DNA of 64,000 bases from Amoebophrya sp. A120 (taxonomy: Eukaryota > Protista > Dinoflagellata). Shown one piece after another: positions 61,483 through 64,000 of the stretch. A program made the position numbers and the translations under genes. Location: contig CAJINV010000001.1 in assembly GCA_905178155.1 (NCBI GenBank), positions 10,383,432 to 10,447,431 on the forward strand. The letters run 5' to 3'. Position 1 is the first letter of the stretch, and every line of letters starts with the position of its first letter. The notes beneath the pieces are model-generated. The model saw nothing but the letters and a program-made list of their open reading frames with translations. It ran no database searches and had not been told where the DNA came from.

Positions 61483-63544
61483 ATGGCTTCGTCGCCAATC
61501 GACTCCGTCGGCGGGGCCGTGACTGCCAATGACGACAGTGCCAAGGAAGCCGTGACCGCCATGCAGTCCCCCGAAGTGGCCGACAAGCCGGCGTCGCCGG
61601 ATGCGCCGGCCGGTGCGGCGGCGGCGCTCGAGGACATCGAATTGACCGAGGAGAGCCCAAAGGCTGCAGCGGCGGCAGAACCAACTCCGGCTGACAGCAC
61701 AGCTGGTGGAGGGGCTGGGGCTGGATCATCAGCAGATGTCCAGTCAGAAGACCACCCCTTGATCTTCATCGCGGTCAACCCTTCGTCGGGGAACAAGAAG
61801 GGAGCGGACTACGTCAAGGTGGGGGAGCCCATCGGGGAAACCGGAGTGCGGAAACTGGACTTGGACGTACAGGTAAACAACGCGAAAACGGTGACGCTGC
61901 TGATTTTCAACATCAAGGAAGGAAAGCCGAGCAACAAGCCCGGGTTCCAACACCTGAAGCGCGTGGTCGAGGCCAGCAGTCTTGATTTACCCACAAGGAT
62001 AATCGTCGCGGGAGGGGACGGAACCATCACGTGGGCCGTGGAAGAGATGGATGCGCATGGGGTATTAGAACGATGTTCTTAACTTGATGTTTTTCGTGGT
62101 TACCAGCTGTTCTTGTTTCATCGATTGCGAAGTGCTGCCCTTATCTAACTATTTTTGTTGGTTCTTCGCAATCACCCCCAGATTCCCTCCGAGCAAGTCC
62201 TTCTGGGTGTGAAAGCCTTTGGCACGGGCAACGACTTCAGTCGAAGCTACAACTGGGGTAAGGGAAGTCCCAGCGACGTGATTGGGGGTTCGACCTTCAA
62301 AGTGCTGAAAAAGGATGTCTCTATGTGGTTGACCGCGAAGACCGCACCGCACGACATCTGGGGATTGGAAATCGAGACGCACGAGGGCGGGAATTTCAAA
62401 TACGTCACGGGCTACAACCAGAAGGGCATCAACGACGGCCTTTGCGCGCAGCACCGCATCGTGGATGTGGACGGAGGGGGGAAGAAGTCGACGAAAACCA
62501 TGTGCAACTACTTCTCATTCGGGCCAGAATCCAGGGTGGGCATGGGGTACTGTTGATAAGGTGATTTCTTAGAAAATTTCCATATGCAGCACGATATTGC
62601 TCTAGTTATAGCCTTGTTAGTCCTCTTAATAGGCTCAGAAATAGAGAATCGGCGGAGCTTGCGTATCTATTAATTCTAACAGCATGGAGCGACGGCGAAA
62701 AGCGAGCTGGGCCGGCAATCAGCTGATGTATGGTTTCTCCGGTTTATCGACGATGTGCTGCAAGAAGAGTCCAAAGCTGAAGGATGTGGTTACCAACGCC
62801 GTAGAAACCCTTCCGGATGGAACACCAAAGGTTATTTTTCAAACCGACACCCCACCACCGAAAAAGCCCACAGACCCTCAACCCGATGGGCCATACCTGC
62901 GGCGGTGGCCAGCGACGTTCGCAATCCTGAACACGGACACCATGATTGCCGGTCAGCACATCTGGGACCGCACCGGCGCGCGACTGGCGGTGAAGGGGGA
63001 AGGAGAGCAGAGAGAGACGCTGATGCAAGGAGTCCACAAGATGGGCGACGGGAAACTGAACATGATGACCTGGCGGACCATGCAACAGTTCAACTGCGAC
63101 GCCGTCTGCGGGCTCTGCTGCAGCTGCGTAAAACAAGAACTCCACTTTTCCTCGTGCATGATTTCGTTGTTGGTGTTGTATATTTGCATGCTGAAGTTCT
63201 GTTCCACAAGTTGATGTTGAGGATGAGGACTACGGTGCTTAGGATATGCCTTTTTTTGCGGCGGAACTTAGGAGTAAGTTCAAGCTGCCGAAGCAGAAAT
63301 GTCGTGAAGTGGAACACGATACAACGAAAAACAGGTATGCTGTGGCTTGCGCGGTAGCAACCGCCTTGCGAGCATCGGGAATCCCGTGACCATCAACTTC
63401 CGGGACAAGGAGCAAGCCAACTACCGAAAGGAGGGGCGGATCTACATGCAGATTGACGGGGAGTACTTCATCTGCCAGTATCCAAAGGCCATTAGGATCA
63501 AGCACCGGGAAAAGTTGCATGTCTTGGACAACCGCTCCAGTTGA
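61483..63544 (+). CDS. DGK: Diacylglycerol kinase (catalytic and accessory domains)
   Basis: IFIAVNPSSGNKKG, RIIVAGGDGTITW, FGTGNDFSRSYNWG, CNYFSFG, MGDGKL and YMQIDGE. Three GT-AG introns keep the frame. Confidence 0.92.
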
Positions 63545-64000
63545 GCTGCAAAATGAAGACATGGTGCGTGATTCGGGGATTCCCACCACTTCAACTTCTG
63601 CGCGCACACTACACAGAAGTGAAGACGAAGAGACACTACATGCTCATGCACTTGCATGTAGTTGGGGTTTCTGAAGAAAGTTCGAAGTAAACTACACAGG
63701 TTTCATCTTGGTTGTGAGCAGAAGTAATAATTGGAACTACGATCATAACAGAAAAGGTCACTCTCACTGCGAAAGCCTGTTGCTGCTGCAGAGGCAACGA
63801 ACGAAGGTTAACCTGGTCGAATCCAAGCTGAATTCGAATTGTAGAATTGATAGCTTTTTTTATTGATAGTAGTGATTATGATGCTGAAGATGCAACAGCG
63901 TTGCTCTTGGCGGCTCCTGGTGTGCTGAAGTACCAAGAAACCTTTTGGCAAGGAGAAAATCAATACTATGTATACCGAGGTCGGTAGTTTCACAGCATTG

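Overview
Eukaryotic, intron-containing genomic DNA in the standard genetic code. The gene style, strict co-orientation and repeat-bounded introns suggest a syndinian/dinoflagellate-type alveolate such as Amoebophrya (inference, not verified). About 17 protein-coding genes can be modelled, all on the + strand: BMT5-like rRNA methyltransferase, UTP7/WDR46, DNA pol epsilon subunit B, a divergent protein kinase, a signal-peptide ClpB-type AAA+ ATPase, two tandem Cid1/GLD2-type terminal nucleotidyltransferases, Oxa1/YidC, diacylglycerol kinase and several hypotheticals. Most introns are canonical GT-AG. The main finding is a group of 256-280 bp MITE-like elements with TATC...GATA termini, ~30 bp TIRs and perfect 5 bp target-site duplications (4 copies, 2 TIR subfamilies). 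Three copies interrupt apparent coding exons. Removing the element plus one TSD restores the reading frame each time, with a GT donor but no AG acceptor, and apparently in either orientation. The fourth copy is intergenic. The window also holds a ~690 bp TA-flanked inverted-repeat element and a ~1.1 kb tandem array of a perfect 18 bp palindrome.
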